From the NCBI GenBank assembly GCA_002633005.1, contig NMRA01000276.1, positions 13,414-77,413 of the forward strand: a DNA stretch of 64,000 bases, read 5' to 3'. The notes under the pieces were generated by a model. That model worked only from the letters and a program-made list of their open reading frames with translations, was not told the origin of the DNA and searched no databases. This document shows positions 13,489-29,000 of this stretch, in pieces. Within the stretch, counting starts at the first letter, position 1; the number at the start of each line of letters is the position of its first letter. This DNA is from Phoronis australis. Lineage: Eukaryota > Animalia > Phoronida. The position numbers were made by a program, and so were the translations under genes.

Positions 13489-14018
13489 TTACTTATTTTT
13501 CTTGGTCTTTTTAACACTCTTACTATTACCAGTGTTCAGACTTTTGCGCTTTTTACCAGTTTTTCCAGTCAACACAGGGAGGTCAGACACAGCTTCATCA
13601 ATTCTTTCTATTCGTTTTTCCATTTTCCCACTTCCCTCACAAGAATTGTAACCATCCTGGACTATCTTTTCTTCCCTCATAGTCGTGTTCAAATTGGACA
13701 CATCTCCAGTTATTTTAATTTTTCCAGCCATTATCAGAATGTCATTCTTCGGCTTGACCCTCTTTGACAACTTCGATTCTTCTGTCTCCACTTCATCTCT
13801 TTCATTTACCTTTACAGTTGTCTTCTTTCCATTTGTTTTCTTGGTGATTTTATATTGCCAATTATCAGGCTCATTTCTTCTCTTGACACTTTGTTTCTTT
13901 GCATTCAAAGACTTGCTAACCTCCTCTTCATGCTTACTATGCTTCTCACCACCAGGTGACCTCCTAGTCTCCATCTCTTCAGAGTTAGCTTCAACCTTCT
14001 TCTCATTGACTTTAGATT
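13489..14018 (-). CDS. NOP2: NOP2 last coding exon, Lys/Glu-rich tail
   Basis: Within ORF 13489-14046; phase-1 acceptor ttgtAG at 14019-14020; TAA stop. Confidence 0.82.
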
Positions 14019-17000
14019 CTACAATGATGAGAACTTGAAACATCACTACATGAACTCAATATGAAACCAAATTATAAGTAAAGCACTTGTAAACCATGTT
14101 TGGGTGCCAAGAAAAATATTATTCACAAGTGCATTGCTTTCCAAACCAACATCATTGTATTTTCATCATTTGTTCCACTTGAAACTTATTGTGTAGGCAA
14201 AAAAGAACACTGGTTATGCTACAGCAAGAAGCATTCATTAAATAAGTGTATCAGGTCTGTCTTGAAATGCTCTTATTTAAAATGTGTCCCACATTTCTGA
14301 GATGATCTGTATGCATGTGTTCAGTAGGAAATTACCGAAAGAATTTGATGAGTCACCTTGGGTAAAAGAATACATGTTTATAAGAAAGTAATGATCAAAA
14401 GTGAAATTTACAAAATGGATGATCCACAGTGTCAAAAATAGGGCTTTAATTTGAAATAGGAATGGTCTATTTTATTAAAATCATAACTTTCCCAACTTGT
14501 ATCAAAGTTTCCCTCAACAGGTGACAATTAGTATACAGTTCTTTGGTGCAGCATAAGTGCGAAAGCTAAATTATGTTTGACCCAATTGTCATGATCGAGA
14601 CCGGCAGATTTCTCGACACACAGCATGTCATGATCGAGACCGGCAGATTTCTCGACACGCAGCATGTCATGATCGAGACCGGCAGATTTCTCGACACGCA
14701 GCAAATTTCAACATGTTATCAGAAAATTATGCGCTTTCTTTGTGTGTGTTCATGTGTGTCTGTGTTCATACAAGTGAGCACACAACACAAAGCTTGTATT
14801 ATGTCATGCAGACCTTTGCCAGGGATCTTGTTGGAGAACTTCTTTAATTTGGCAACAAAAAAGCCATCTAAATTGTGAGAGTGAGGGTAGAATCGTCTCG
14901 TTTGTTTCAGGGAGGGGTGGAAGCGGTGTTCCTTAAATCTGCAAATACATTACAAAGAGAGTGAGGGTCATACATCACTTATAGGGCTTGTCTACAGTAT
15001 GACATCAGAATGCTAGGGATAATCATTTACAAAGAGAGTGAGGGTCATACATCATTTATAGGGCTTGTCTACAGTATAATGACATCAGAATGCTAGGGAT
15101 AATCATTTACCAAATTGTAGCTTGAAAGTGTGGCTATTCTTTGTAAACCCACAATGACCTCATGACAATCATACTAAAAATAAGGGAAACCAGCGTATTT
15201 ACAATGTCAACGTGACACAGCAGGAGCAAGTCTACTTAACAAATTTGACAACACAACAGTCTGCCAAAAAGCCAAGAGTATGACAGTGCAAGTCAACAAT
15301 TTGAGACAAGTCTTTGTCACTCACGTGGTAAAGCCTTCCCGACCAAAGTCCAATCCAGTTGGTACCAGTTTGACATTCCTCTTCTTGAGTGCAAAGTCTA
15401 TTACCCATTCATTCTCTTCCACCTAAAACCAAATAAACACTCCTTTATCTCACAACCTTCTGCTACAGTTGTTTTTCTGATGATGTTTATATTAAATTAA
15501 ATCTAAGAAAAGTTCCTCTGTCAACTGAAAAACCTCTGCAAGTGAAAAACAAGCCAAATTAAGGCAAAACGTCCAATATCCTGCTTTACCCAGCATTGTC
15601 TCTCGCTTTTCATTTTCCTCTCCATTTTAGGTCACAAATACACAGGGTGCAAGCCAACGGTCATATACGCAACGTGCAACATAGGATGTAGGCAAATGAT
15701 TGTATATGAAATGTGCAACACACAGAGTGTAAGCCAAAGGTTATATGTGTATTGCTCAACACACAAGCTGTAAGCCAATGGTTATTACATGTAATGTGCC
15801 ATACAGAGGGTGTCCGAAAATTGGAAGGCAAAGTCGTCCCTTAATACAAACTCATTTTTGAATTGTATGAAAATACCCGACTGAAATACGAAGATAAACA
15901 AAAAAACCAACATTTTGACACTAGGGGGCATAATAGTATCTGAATCAGTTCGACACTTGTTACCATTTGTTGATGGCTCCATTGAAATTTCGCAAAGATC
16001 CTACAAGAGTTAAGGAGATTCAGCCATAGACATAATCACCACTAGGGGGCGGAAAAGTCATCGGACCTGTCCTAAAGTCAACGTGTCATGGCTTTCTCAT
16101 CAGCAACAAATATGTATATTTTTATAATGTTCCTTTTGAGCTGTCTGGCAGACAGAGAGGTGGACGTGAGAAAACGAATGCAAAAATTTAAAATGTCTAC
16201 AAAATGGCACAAAATTCGTCGAATCCATCCAAAAATGCAATGGCATCATCGCCTGTGCATTAAAAATCTATTTGCTGAATTTCATGAAAATCCGTCAAGG
16301 AACTCTGAAGATACAGAGGCAAACAGAACGAACCAATATTGCTCATAGGGGGCACAGCAGTATTCAGGTCAGTATAAAACTCATCGTCATCTGTCATCAG
16401 CTACATAGGAACACACCTGCCAAATTTCAATAAGATCCTACAAGGGGTTAAGGAGACAGAGCCGTGGACACCAGATGCCCAGACAGAGATGATGGGAATA
16501 TGAACCCACACATAAATATGTGGGCGCATAAAAATACTAACTTAAGAAATAAAAACTAACATGACTGTAAACATTTTTAGGGCAAGTTATAATACATTTG
16601 TTTCATTTTTTATGGCCATGGATCATCACATGATCATCACATGCTGATTTTTTGAGTAATATTTACAAGGATCTATAATCTCAGCAACAGGAACTCCGAG
16701 CACACGAGCTAACAGACTCTTTCATAAGATCACGTGTTTGCTGGATTGAAAATGGCGAAAAGCCAACAAAATATATTAATTTTGTGGACTTGAGAAGAGG
16801 AATCTTATTCAAAAGAACATAAACAGTTTGACTGATACAAATGGTCAAACATTATGTGATCAGAATGATACACTGAAGGTACTACGGACCTTCTATTGTG
16901 ATCTTTACAAATGTAAAGATACAGAACTTGACAATAAATCTTCATGATTACCGTATTCGCCGTAATAACTGCCCAGGGCGCTTAGAAAAGTTCGGTTCAA

Positions 17001-20000
17001 GGGAGGCGCTTATTATAACCCAAGGCGGTTGAAACTAATGTCTTTGATGACAAGTTCATATATGTAGCGCACGCTTCCTGGCCACGTGCGTTTAACACCG
17101 AGTTATTTTTATTCATTAGACAGTTGATGTGTCTGTACTGAAAGGTCAGACCATAGTGGGACACGGTCGTCGCGAGAGTAGCAACGCTGTTGCGTTCCTT
17201 TTTGAAGCGCTGCGTTACTCTGAAGTGTATAGTCACGGCTAAATACAAATGTAGCAGTGCCGCTGGTGGTCTAGGAGACCCGTGCAAAATATTTTTGCTA
17301 AATTGAAGACGTTACTGTAGTTTTAGAACTGTAGGTACGTCATTGTTCGCATGTACACGTTCATAGACGGGGCGCTTATTTCAGCAAAGTCTGGAAATGC
17401 GTGGGGGCGCTTATAAGGGGCATGGGCGGTTATTACGGCGAATACGGTATCTGGGAGCATTTAATGTCCCCAGACTGTCTCATGCTTAGAGTACTTTACT
17501 TGACCCAGATGTGACTATGGAGGAGGTTGAAGGCGTACTTAAGAAAATGAAAAACAATAAGTCACCGGGTTCAGATGGCTTTCCTCCAGAATTTTCCAAG
17601 TTTTTTTGGAAAGATATCGGTTTCTTTGTTTACAGGGCGCTTATTGCGACACTTAATGGCCACCTTACAGAGCGGCAGAAGCAGGGTATAACACTTATTC
17701 CAAACAAGATGAATCACACAACCTGCTAAAAAATTGGAGACCAATATCCCTTTTCAATACATGCTATAAACTTTTTTCAGGTGTAATAGCCCAATGTATA
17801 AAAATGGCTTTGAACAAATTAACATGAGACAACCAGAAGGGCTTCATGGCTGGCAGCTTCATCGGTGAAAATACGCGTTTACTGTATGATATTATGCATT
17901 ATAAAATTGAGGAAAACATACTTGGTCTATTGCTACTAATAGACTTTGAGAACGCGTTTGATTCGATATCCTGGCATTTCTTTCAAAAAAAAAAAAACGC
18001 TGATTTTATTTAAATTTGGTGAAAAGCTCAGAGATTGGGTTACTATTTTGCTTAAAGATTCCAAGCTATGTGTTAAGGAGTATGGTTTTTCAGACTGTTT
18101 TGCCATCAAGCATGGTTGCAGACAAGGTGATCTTATATCCCCGTGCGGCTTAAGCATATTGTTTAGAAACAATACCACATGTAGTGGAATAAAAATACAA
18201 AACAAAGATCATAAATTAATGTATTACGCAGACGACACTGCCATTCTACTAGACGGGTCAGAACTTTCCTTGAGTTCTTCTCTTTCTCTTGTAGAGCAGT
18301 TTGCCGAATTTTCAGGGCTTAAACCTAATTTGGAAAAAACTGTGTGTTTGGCTATACTGGGGTCTATGAGGAATTCTGTCCAAAGATTATATACCCACAT
18401 AAATTTGCACTGGGAAAGGAAACAATTTACCTTGCTCGGAATTACATTCAACTCTGGCTTAAAATATATTGTGGAAGTAAATTACAATAACTTCTTGACA
18501 TTGAAAACACAATTACAGGCTGGTCAATAAGAATTATAAGTACTGTAGGGTGTATTACTGTTATCAAAACATTAGTGATTCACAAGTTAATCCACATCTT
18601 CGCGAGCATCCCTTCACCTGATAAAGTAACGCTGCAACGATTGGAAAACTCATATTTGGCTACATTTGTAACTTAAGACTGATAGGGTCGCTATAAAAGT
18701 TATTATACAAAATTATGAAAAGGGCGGGCTTAAAATGCCTCACATCACATTATTTATTGAAAGTTTAAAATGTACCTGGATAAGAAAAATTTGGAAAATG
18801 GGGATAATGTTGATGCATGGATCTGGTTCTTATTGGATTATTTGTCAGATATTTTTTGCAAATCTTAAAATTTGGTGATTAGTACTTTAAATGGCTTTTG
18901 TAGAGAATTAAAAATCCATTTTGGAAAGAGGTTTTTCAATTGTTCTATGATTTACAGCTAATAATAAATAATAATAAACATTTGGATCCATTGTTGTATA
19001 ACAATATGATTGATGGCAAAATGGTATTCTATAACAGGTGGTTTGAGAAAGGTTTTCATGTTGTGGTTGACTTGATTCATCCTTCAGGGCGACTTGTTAA
19101 TTAAACTGAATTCTGTAAAAATGCTGGCTTTTATCGCCCTTTTACCGAATTTTTTGGCATTCACCAAGTCATTCAAAAGACAGAACGCAGTTTTGACTAC
19201 AAATAAACTGTTAGGTTGTTACCATTATGGTCCAAAGTGTATGAAGTTGTAACTAGATCAACAAAAGACCTTAATGACTTCTGTGATTTATTTGTTAAAA
19301 ATCAGTACTGTAAATCTTCTTCAGAAGTAAAATGGAATTTAAGATTAAGCATGGCCGATGAAAGTATGGATTGGGATTCCATAAACAGTGCTATTGGCAG
19401 GTATACTGATACAAAAATGAGGTGGTTTAATTATAGAATTGTACATACTGTATTCGCCCTAATAAATGTCCAGGGCGCTTAGAAAAATTTGTTTCAGGGG
19501 GTCGCTTATTGTAACCCAAGGCGGTTGAAACCCAGTCTCCGAAACGGGTGAAATCGGAAGCTACGATTCATCATATTTACGCTCTGTGACATACTTGTAA
19601 CCTATGACACACTTTCTACCAAAATGTAGTGCATTGCTATCAAACTTTGCTGTTGAATTACGATCATTTTACAGAAAATTGTGTTGAAATAGCAGGGCAA
19701 AACTCGCCAACTGACGCCTCGCAATCGTCGATATGGTGACTTGAATGCTTGACTCAGGCAAATTACCTGAAATCCTCCTTAAGTTAGCGTCCCTAAGATT
19801 TTTAAGTTCCTGTGGAGTCAGAATTAATGGCAGGTTAAATACAAATCTGTGCTACATCTATGATCAGCAACATGAGAAAATCTCTGGACGAACACACACT
19901 TTGGTATCACGTGACGTTTGTTTTGAAGTTCGTCTGCGTGTGTGAGTAAGCGAGCGTGTGCGTATCACCAGAGTTCATTTGCCAGAGTAAACGCAATCTA

Positions 20001-23000
20001 ACGAGCTAGATGTGCATTGTATTCTAAAATTAGCACAAGCCGTAGGCCTAAAGCAGAACGTGTTTCATTCAGCACTTGCCGGTCTCATGTGCTAAAAATG
20101 TTCGACATTTGTCTCGGTAAGGCCCATATTAGTTATTTTTCGGTGTAAGGGTGTTTAAGCATTCAGTGTCAGTGGTCATTTTATTGGATATTTGGCTTAA
20201 AAACACCAATTATGAATAATCAAACGATCCCTCTTAAAAATAACGCAAACATTTTTTACAGTACTAGAAACTGTTGGAAATTAATGCCAATGTTCATTTC
20301 TTGCTGTTATACTCCCGTTTCATGAATGGATAATTCCCGACTGGTGTATTTGATGACAGGTGCATGTATGTAGCGCGCGCTTCCTGGCCATGTGCTTTTA
20401 ACACTGGCCAAGTTTTTTATTAGTCTTTGAACGATTCGCGGTTTTCACACATACAAAGAAATTCCTGATGGGGGCGGGAAATGTCTAGAATACAAACCCG
20501 TGCTTATTATAACCCAAGGCCGTTGAAACCCGGTCTTCGAAACGGGTGAAATCGGAAGCTAAGATTCATTATATTTACGCTCTATGACGTATCTGTAATC
20601 TATGAAAGACTTTCTACTAAACCGTGGTGCATTGCTATCAAACTTTGCTGCTAAATTACGATCATTTTACAGAAAATTGTGCTGAAATCCCAGGGCGAAT
20701 ATTCGCCGACTGTCTGCCTCGCAATCGTCAATATGGCGACTTGAATGCTTGAATAACAGTTTCGACTCAAGCAAATTATCTGAAATCCTCCTTAAAGTCC
20801 TTCTCTCAAACTGCCCATGTGGTTCCAGTACCCGAAAATACTTACTACATAAAATCTTATTTTCGACACCCTTTCTTTATATTCTTTTCGCCTTTCTTGC
20901 CAAAAGCAATTTTTGAACAGTATTTGACCCTTCTCTCTGAGTGTATGATTACCGGTTGTCATCGGTTATTTCCGTACCCACATTTCCGGCTCATCAGTTC
21001 AGGAACTTGTCCTGAACGCCGCCATTTTTTCCTTGTAACTGAATGTGCTATGGCTTACTCGAAAAGTCTTCATTATTTTGTTTTATTAGTAATATATCGT
21101 GATTCGTTTGCATATGTAGTGTATTTATAGTTTGTAGTTAGTGGTCGTTGATTTTTTTTGGAATGCTACTCGTACTTAATATGTTAAAATAGCATTGGTG
21201 TTTAGTTCCTTACGTAGGCCGGTCGAACCTAGGAACCAATATGAGTCTAACCAATTTTTTTCAGTTTATTATTTTTTTTCTCGTTTTGAAAAAGTACTTT
21301 GCTATCATCGGAAAGGTAGTGCATTCTACTCAGTAAAAATCGAAAAAGTATCAAAATAAGGGCAAGCAGTGTAAAGTTATTGCAAGTTTTGTGGCGAAAC
21401 TTGGGTCACTTGGTTTGGATCACATCGGCCATATTGGAGGACAGCGGGATAAGTTACGAGTTTAAAAATTTGTGTAAATTGTTTTCGCCAACGAATTACG
21501 GTGAAATTTAGTTAGACATATCTTTACTTACTATTCTGCACGATTTAACAGTGTTCACCAAATTTCAGCCTCGCAGTTCTTACTCATTAAGAGATAAATG
21601 TACTCACAATTCCCGTTGGACTTCGTCTCATTTCTGGCGCCACCGACAACAAGGTGACTTTTGCTGAACTGAAAGGCATGTTCAATCGGCTACTTTGTAA
21701 TTTGTGAAGATTTAACGTTGCTACAAAAAGAAACTTTGTTCAATTTTCGTGTTTTTTGTGCAAAAATATAAGATGTATTCGAATTTTTTACTGTAAATTT
21801 CCCATTCAGGTGATCTTACACTAAGCTAAAAAAATAGTTGAAATAATTTTTAAATGGTTTATTGTTTGACTGTCAACTGCTGTTCAGGACTTGATTTGGT
21901 GTCATAAAATGATTCATATTTTTCTAATTTTAAGTCTCAACTGCTTTCAAGTCATGTTTTGTAACTTATTGCTTCTTAATTCAGGTTATCAAGTCAACAA
22001 TATGAATAATCTTAATTTTAGAAATAAGCTATGTTGGATTGTGAAGCTTCAAGCCTCTAATTCTTGTTCCTTGCAACTTCATATTTTTTTAAATGATGCT
22101 TGTCAAATTCTGGTGTAAGGAAACACTATTCCGTCACCATGGTAATAGTTACATGTATGTCCACTTTCATATCATGGAAACTTGCTGTTGAATAGTGTTT
22201 GTAATGCTAAATGTTGTAAAGTATAATTGTGCATCTTAAGTTATGTATTATGTTAAAAGTTTGAATCATTTTGGGTTAATGAATAAAAATGATAACATTT
22301 TGTATTGGACTTCTCATACTTATGTGCTCTAACGAGCTCCCTTTTTGGAGAACTGGAAAAAGGTCCGGCTGCCTCAGTCACAGAAGCCCGAATTCCAAAA
22401 AAAGTAGAAAATGAGACAAAATTCCACTAGAAGACAGGAAGTACCAAAATTTAGCGTCTGCAATTCATAGCTCTGAACATACCCACTGAATGTTATAGTA
22501 AAAGACAGACATTCCCAAAATTTCCAGCCTCCCCCATTCTTTTAGGCTTGGTGCGCTCATACAAAGGCTGGGAAAATCTCTATTGAAAGCCAATAACTTT
22601 GCACAGTTCGCCAGAAGTACCCAAGTTCTAAATAAACCTCGTTTCAGCGAGCGCTGCGGCCAGCGACCAGTTAAGCCTAAGGGTAGCCTTGGCGCAAAGC
22701 TGTATAGTCCTACTAACAAGCTGTATTTTGACGATAGTCTTCACTGGTAGCTGGTGACTCAGGCTAACTAAGGTCTGCCGCGGCAGTGTGACACAGGACT
22801 AACCAGCCCGTAATTTCATGCAAGTGGCTGAAACTACCCTTGAATATATGCAGCATTTATTATTTGACCATTTTACTTCGACAAAACAGCTTGCAATCGC
22901 ATGCATTTACCGTTCGCCAGTGTCTGGTCTCGATCCACACCGGGTCCGATAGGCTGCGGTCCCGAGTCTGGCAAAATAATTTCTGTCAAAATTTATTCAC

Positions 23001-26000
23001 CACATTTCTTCAGCAAATTCGATAAAATTGTCCGTATTTTTATTTTAACAGCTTATTATTTAAAATGATAATATAGGGGGCCTTGCTTTTGAGGCCTGAA
23101 ATTAAATTTTTGCCTATGTCATTTTAATAAGAATAAGTCATTTTAAATAATAAGCTGTTTTTTATTAAAATTAAGGCGCGCTGTCCATTATTTTATCCCC
23201 GTTTGCAGGCACTCACACTGACAGCTTTTTCTTAGCCTGGGTTCCTGAATGAATTGTACTTCCGGGTTCACGGCAAGTTCAAAATGGCGGTGGTTCTTCG
23301 GGTGCGAATCGTGAGTGGCGCGTTCATTTAAACTTTTTTCGAGTACGGATCGTGTATTAGTTATGGGGAAGGTACTTCCTGGATCCTTATAACATACTCT
23401 AACCATGTAATAAGGGTTAACAATGCATGAGAGAAGGACTTTAAGTTTTCCAAGTTTGGCGTACCTAAGATTTTTAAGTTCCCGTGGAGTCGGGATCACA
23501 GCAGGTTTAAGTACAAATCTGTGCTACATCGTGCCATCTACATGTATGATCGGCAACATGAGAAAAATGTCTGGACAAACACACACGTGATGTTTGTTTT
23601 GAAGTTGTCTCCGTTTGTGAGTAAGCGAGCGCGTGCGTGTCACCACAGTTCACTTGCCAAAGCAGAGACCGTCTTTTGGCCAGAGCCACGCAATCTAACG
23701 AGCTAGATGTGCATTGTGTCTTAAAAAATTTGCACAAGCTGTAGGCTTAAATCAGAGTGTGTTTCATTCAGCACTTGCCAGTCTCATGTGCTAAAAACGT
23801 TCGACATTTGTCTCGGTAAGGCCATATTAGTCGCCGTGTGGCTGGATGCGTATGCGACTATCTGACAGTTATTTTTTGATGTAAAGGTGCGTAAGCATTC
23901 ACTGTCAGTGGTTATTTTATCGGATATTTGGCTTAAAAACACCAATTATGGTTAATCAAACAATTCATTTTAAAAACAACGCAAACATTTTTCATAGTAT
24001 GAGAAACTGTCGGAAATTAGTGCCAATATTCATTTCTTGCCGATGCTATGCTACCCGTTTCATGAATGGATAGTTACAATCACTCTAAACTATGACATAC
24101 CAGAACAGAACAGGTGGAGTAGATGATGTAGCCTCCAGACTTGGACTTGGCATCACAACAGTCTATGGCGGCTAGAATAAGCTCCTTTTGTAAGTGAGAA
24201 CACCTCTGAATATCCTTGGCATCCTACAATTACAAAGCAACTTTGAAAAATCATGATGTTAATCGCAAACAAAATAAATAAATACACTAGAGCTTTCATT
24301 CATTCAGATCAAACACCTTTACCCAAATGTCATAGCGGCTAAAATAAATGTTTAATTGACGATATGATTGAATTTCATAAAATGCACACCCTTACTCACA
24401 TTGTATTCCTTGATTTGAAGTGCATCATACTGTGAACTGGGATTTTTTTATTCAATCCTCAAAGGCCTTTAATTTTGGATACTTTTATAAATATAATCTG
24501 TATTATATTGTATTCTGGAATTTCATCATGTGTGTTCAACAACGGCTTTACATCAGAGTATTTTAGGATTGAGAAAAGCCTCCAACAAGGCTACACACTG
24601 TCAAGTCCATTCTGCTCCAGATATGGTGTTTAGCTTTTGTACCAGATCGTTTGGCCCGTCTCTAGAACTATAGGACATTTGTACCAGGTCGTTTGGCCCG
24701 TCTCTAGAACTATAGGACATTTGTACCAGGTCGTTTGGCCCGTCTCTAGAACTATAGGACATTCGTACCAGGTCGTTTGGCCTGTCTCTAGAACTATAGG
24801 ACATTTGTACCAGGTCGTTTGGCCTGTCTCTAGAACTTAAGGACAGTTTGGTAAAGCCTCATCACTCTACTGGCTCCCGCTTTAGTCCCACTTGTAAAAA
24901 GTCTCGATCATGAAAAATTGGGGGTGGGCAGTAAGCCTAGCATGGGTGCTAAAAATGAAAAATTGAAAAATTCGAGAGTGGCCAGTGAGCCGAGCATGGG
25001 CGGTAACCTGGACAGTAACGTGAAAGCGATTCCTGTGGCAGTGCTCATATTAGTACTGATCAAATGAAATTCAAATGATATATAAAAGCAGTTCACAAAT
25101 AAAGAAGCAAACCGTAAGTTAAACAGATTGAAATTATTAGCCAAACATTTCAATGAGTACTACCTTCATTATTTGGACATTAAAAGTATTATTGGTATCA
25201 TGTTACCTTGTTTGACTTGGCTGTTGGATCCTTGGATAAAACACCAGTGCCGCTGCATGGGGCATCCAACAACACTCGGTCAAACCCTGTCATCACCTAG
25301 AGGGGTAACAACATTCCATAAATGAACAATGTCCAACATCAGACTTTGACTTCAATACAAACTTTCAAAGACGACCAATAGGTATCTTGTGTTATCTTTC
25401 TAAATGTCAACAAATTACAGAGAAAGGGAAAAGGCACCAATTAAATGTCAAACATCAGATTGGTTCTTACAGCCCCAGTATAAGGTAAATTTAAATCGAA
25501 GGTTAACAAGCGCATTGAAATGCAGCCACGAATGCACAGCAAAAGGTGTGCTTCTAGGATTGTATATTTGTATCATAAAATGGCCAATATATAGCGCAAA
25601 AACGTCCAATCCATCTGAAAATGAGAACATGCCATCGCTTTTTTCATAGAATTTCATAGAAATCTGTCAAGGAACTTCAGAAAAACAAAAGAAAATGCAA
25701 AAAAAAATGAAATTGCCACTAGGGAGCATAGCATTCGATGGATCCACCTAAAAGTCATCGTCATCTGTTGCTGGCACTGAGAACATATATGCCAATTTTC
25801 AAAATCATCCTTAGAGTAGTTTGGTTAATAAAGGGTGGACTCAAAAACAGCAAAAATGGCTACCAGGAGGCACACTATATCTTGATTACATTCGAAAACG
25901 GGAGGATAGCATCTTCTCACCAATAAATACGTATATTCCAAATTTTATGAAAATTCTGTAAGGACCTTTGAAAATACAGAGGTAAATGTAAAAAACAGGG

Positions 26001-29000
26001 CTTGGAATGACCAATGACAAAAAACGCGGAAACTTTGAAACTTTTACGGCCCAAATCATGCCCGATAACCAGCCTTGAAATGGTCAATGTGAACCTTTCC
26101 CCGACAAAAATCGGGAAGACTAAAAAAAAAAAAACGTTACCACCATCAGTAGCATGTGTCTGCGTCCTTTTAGCTCGCCCGTCCACTCCCGACCCACACA
26201 TTTTTGGCTGCAGAGCGGTAGTATTTGTCACCGCGCTTAACAATAACACGAGACGCTATTGAAAATCCCACCACGCTGTCCCAGATGCCCCGGCAATGTT
26301 GACAATTTACGTTCCTCCGAAACATAAAGAGCAACTTCCGCTTTTCGAGGTGAACGTCGTCTGCAACGCCGCGGTAAGAAAGGAATTTGCCGCGGAAATT
26401 TTATATCAAATCCGATTTTTTTTACGCGGAAATATTATAAAAAAAGCGGAAAGCACATTTGAAAAAAGCGGAAATCCGTGTTTCCGCGGAAAATTCCAAG
26501 CCCTGAAAAAAATAAGAGGGCACACTGGTAGTCAGATCCGTCCGAAAGTCGTGGTAGTCCATAGTCAACATCATATAAACATGCTTGCAAATTTAGTACA
26601 GATTCTGCAAGTGGTTTAGGAGATACTGATATGGGTGAAAAAACAAAACTGCCACTAGGAGGTGCCACAGTAGTCGAAGTCATCGGAATATCATCATGAA
26701 CCGTCCTCTTCAAACTAAGAACCTGCATGCCAATTTTCAGAATCGTCCTTATAGCGGTTTGGTTGACAGAGGGCTGGACGCCAAAAAAACACAGTGAAAA
26801 TGGCCACTGAGTGGTGCAAACTAAATCGAATTCATCCGAAACCAAAATGTAGCGTCAGCCTACTAATAGATGCCTAAATGCCAAATTCTATGAAAATCCA
26901 ATGAGTACCTTTGAAGATATAGAGGTAAACGTAAAAACTAAAATTAACAATAGAGGGCACATCGGTAGTCAGATCCGTCTGACAGTTGCCGTCCATTGTC
27001 AACATCATACAAATGCACTTGCTAAATTTAGTAAAGATCCTGCAAACGGTTTAGGAGGTACAGCCATAGGTGCAAAAAAGTAAAACTGCCACTAGGAGGC
27101 GCCACAGTAGTCAAAGTTGTTGGAAAATCATCACGAGCTATCCTCTTCATAATAAAAACATACATGCCAGTTTTCATAATCATCTTTAGAGCTGTTTGTT
27201 TGATAAAGGGGTGGATGCCAAAAACATGATTGGAAACAATAACAAGAGCAACGCGGAGCGTTGAAATGCGCCCAGGAATGCATCGCAAATGGTGTACGGC
27301 TAGGGTTGCTTATTTGTGACATAAAAATGGCCACTAGATGGCGCAAAAACATACAATCCATCTGAAAACGGGAACATGCCATTGCTTATTTAATAGAAAG
27401 GTAAAAACCAAATTTCATAGAAATTCGTTCACGGAACTTCAGAGAAACAAAAGAAAACAGAATAAAATGAAATTGCCACTAGGGGGCAGAGTGTTCATTG
27501 CATCCGCCTGAAAGTCGTCATTGTTGTTAGCTTCATATAAATACATTTACTAATTAAATTTAATATAGAACCTACAGTGGGTTTAGGAGATACAGCTATG
27601 GGCGCAAAACGAAACAAAACTACCACTAGGAGGTGTCACAGTAGTCAAAGTTGTCATCGTCAACCGTCCTCTTCACACTGAGAACATATACGCCAATTTT
27701 CAAAACCATCCTTAGAATGATTTGACTCAAAAACAGCAAAAATTGCCACTAGGTGGCGCAAAATACATTGATTCCGTATGAAAACGAGAGGATAGCGTCA
27801 TCTCACCAACAGATGCCCGTATTAAAAATTTCATGAAAATCTTTTGAGGATCTTTGAAGATACAGAGGTAAACGTAAAACTAAAATTACCACCAGGGGGC
27901 ATACCAGTAGTCAGATCCATCCCAAAATCATCGTTGTCTGTAGTCAACATCATATAAACACACTTCTTAAATTTAGTAAAGATCCTACAAATGGTTTAGG
28001 AGATACAGCCATGGGCGCAAAAAAGAAACTGCAACTAGGAGGCGCCACAGCAGTCAAAAACATCGGAAAATCATGGTCAGTCGTTCATTTCATAGTAAAA
28101 ACATATATGCCAATTTTCACAATTGTCCTGAAAACGGTTTGGTTGATAGAGGGGTGGACGCCAAAAAAAACAGACACGAAAACAGTAAAAATGGCCACTA
28201 GGTGGCGCAAACTAGGTTGAATCCATCTGAAAATGTAGACGTAGCGTCACCTCACTAACAGAGGCCTGTACGCCAAATTTTATGAAATAACGTTGAGGAC
28301 CTTTGAAGGTAGAGAGGTGAATGTAAAAATATTTGCCACTAGGTGGCACACCAGTCGTCAGAGCTGTCCGAAAGTCATCGTCGTCCTTTGCCAACATCAT
28401 ATAAATGCACTTACAAAATTTAGTAAAGATGCTGCAAACGGTTTGGGAGATACAGCTATAGGCCGAAAAAAAAACAACTGCCATTAGGAGGCGCCACGGA
28501 AAATCAACGTCAACCCTCCTCTTCATAGCAAGAACATACATGCCAATTTTCACAATCATGCTTAGAGCGGTTTGGTTGATAGCGGGGTGGACGTCAAAAA
28601 CAGTAAAAATGGCCACTAGGTGGTGCAAATTATGTCGAATCCATCCGGAAACAAGACCATTTTGTCGCCTCACTAATAGATGCCTGTACACCAAATTTTA
28701 TGAAAATACGTTGAGGACCTTTGAAGACACAGACTGAGGTAAACGTAAAAAACTAAAATTGCCACTAGGGGGCACACCGGTAGTCGGATCCGTCCGAAAG
28801 TTCGCTCATTCCGTCCCATCCATGAAAGGAACACAATGTGCAAAATTTCATGAACATACATCAATCGGTTTTGGAGATAGAGCAGCGGACGCCTGACACC
28901 CGACAGACGGACGCCGGACGGACGCCGGACGGATGCCGCCCAGATGGACGGACGAAGATGACGGCATAATGCATTCACATATAAATATGTGGGTGCATAA

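Noticed and set aside
13459-14038. Plus-strand hydrophobic ORFs 13459-13767 and 13685-14038
   Set aside because: Antisense shadows of the Lys/Glu-rich last NOP2 exon.
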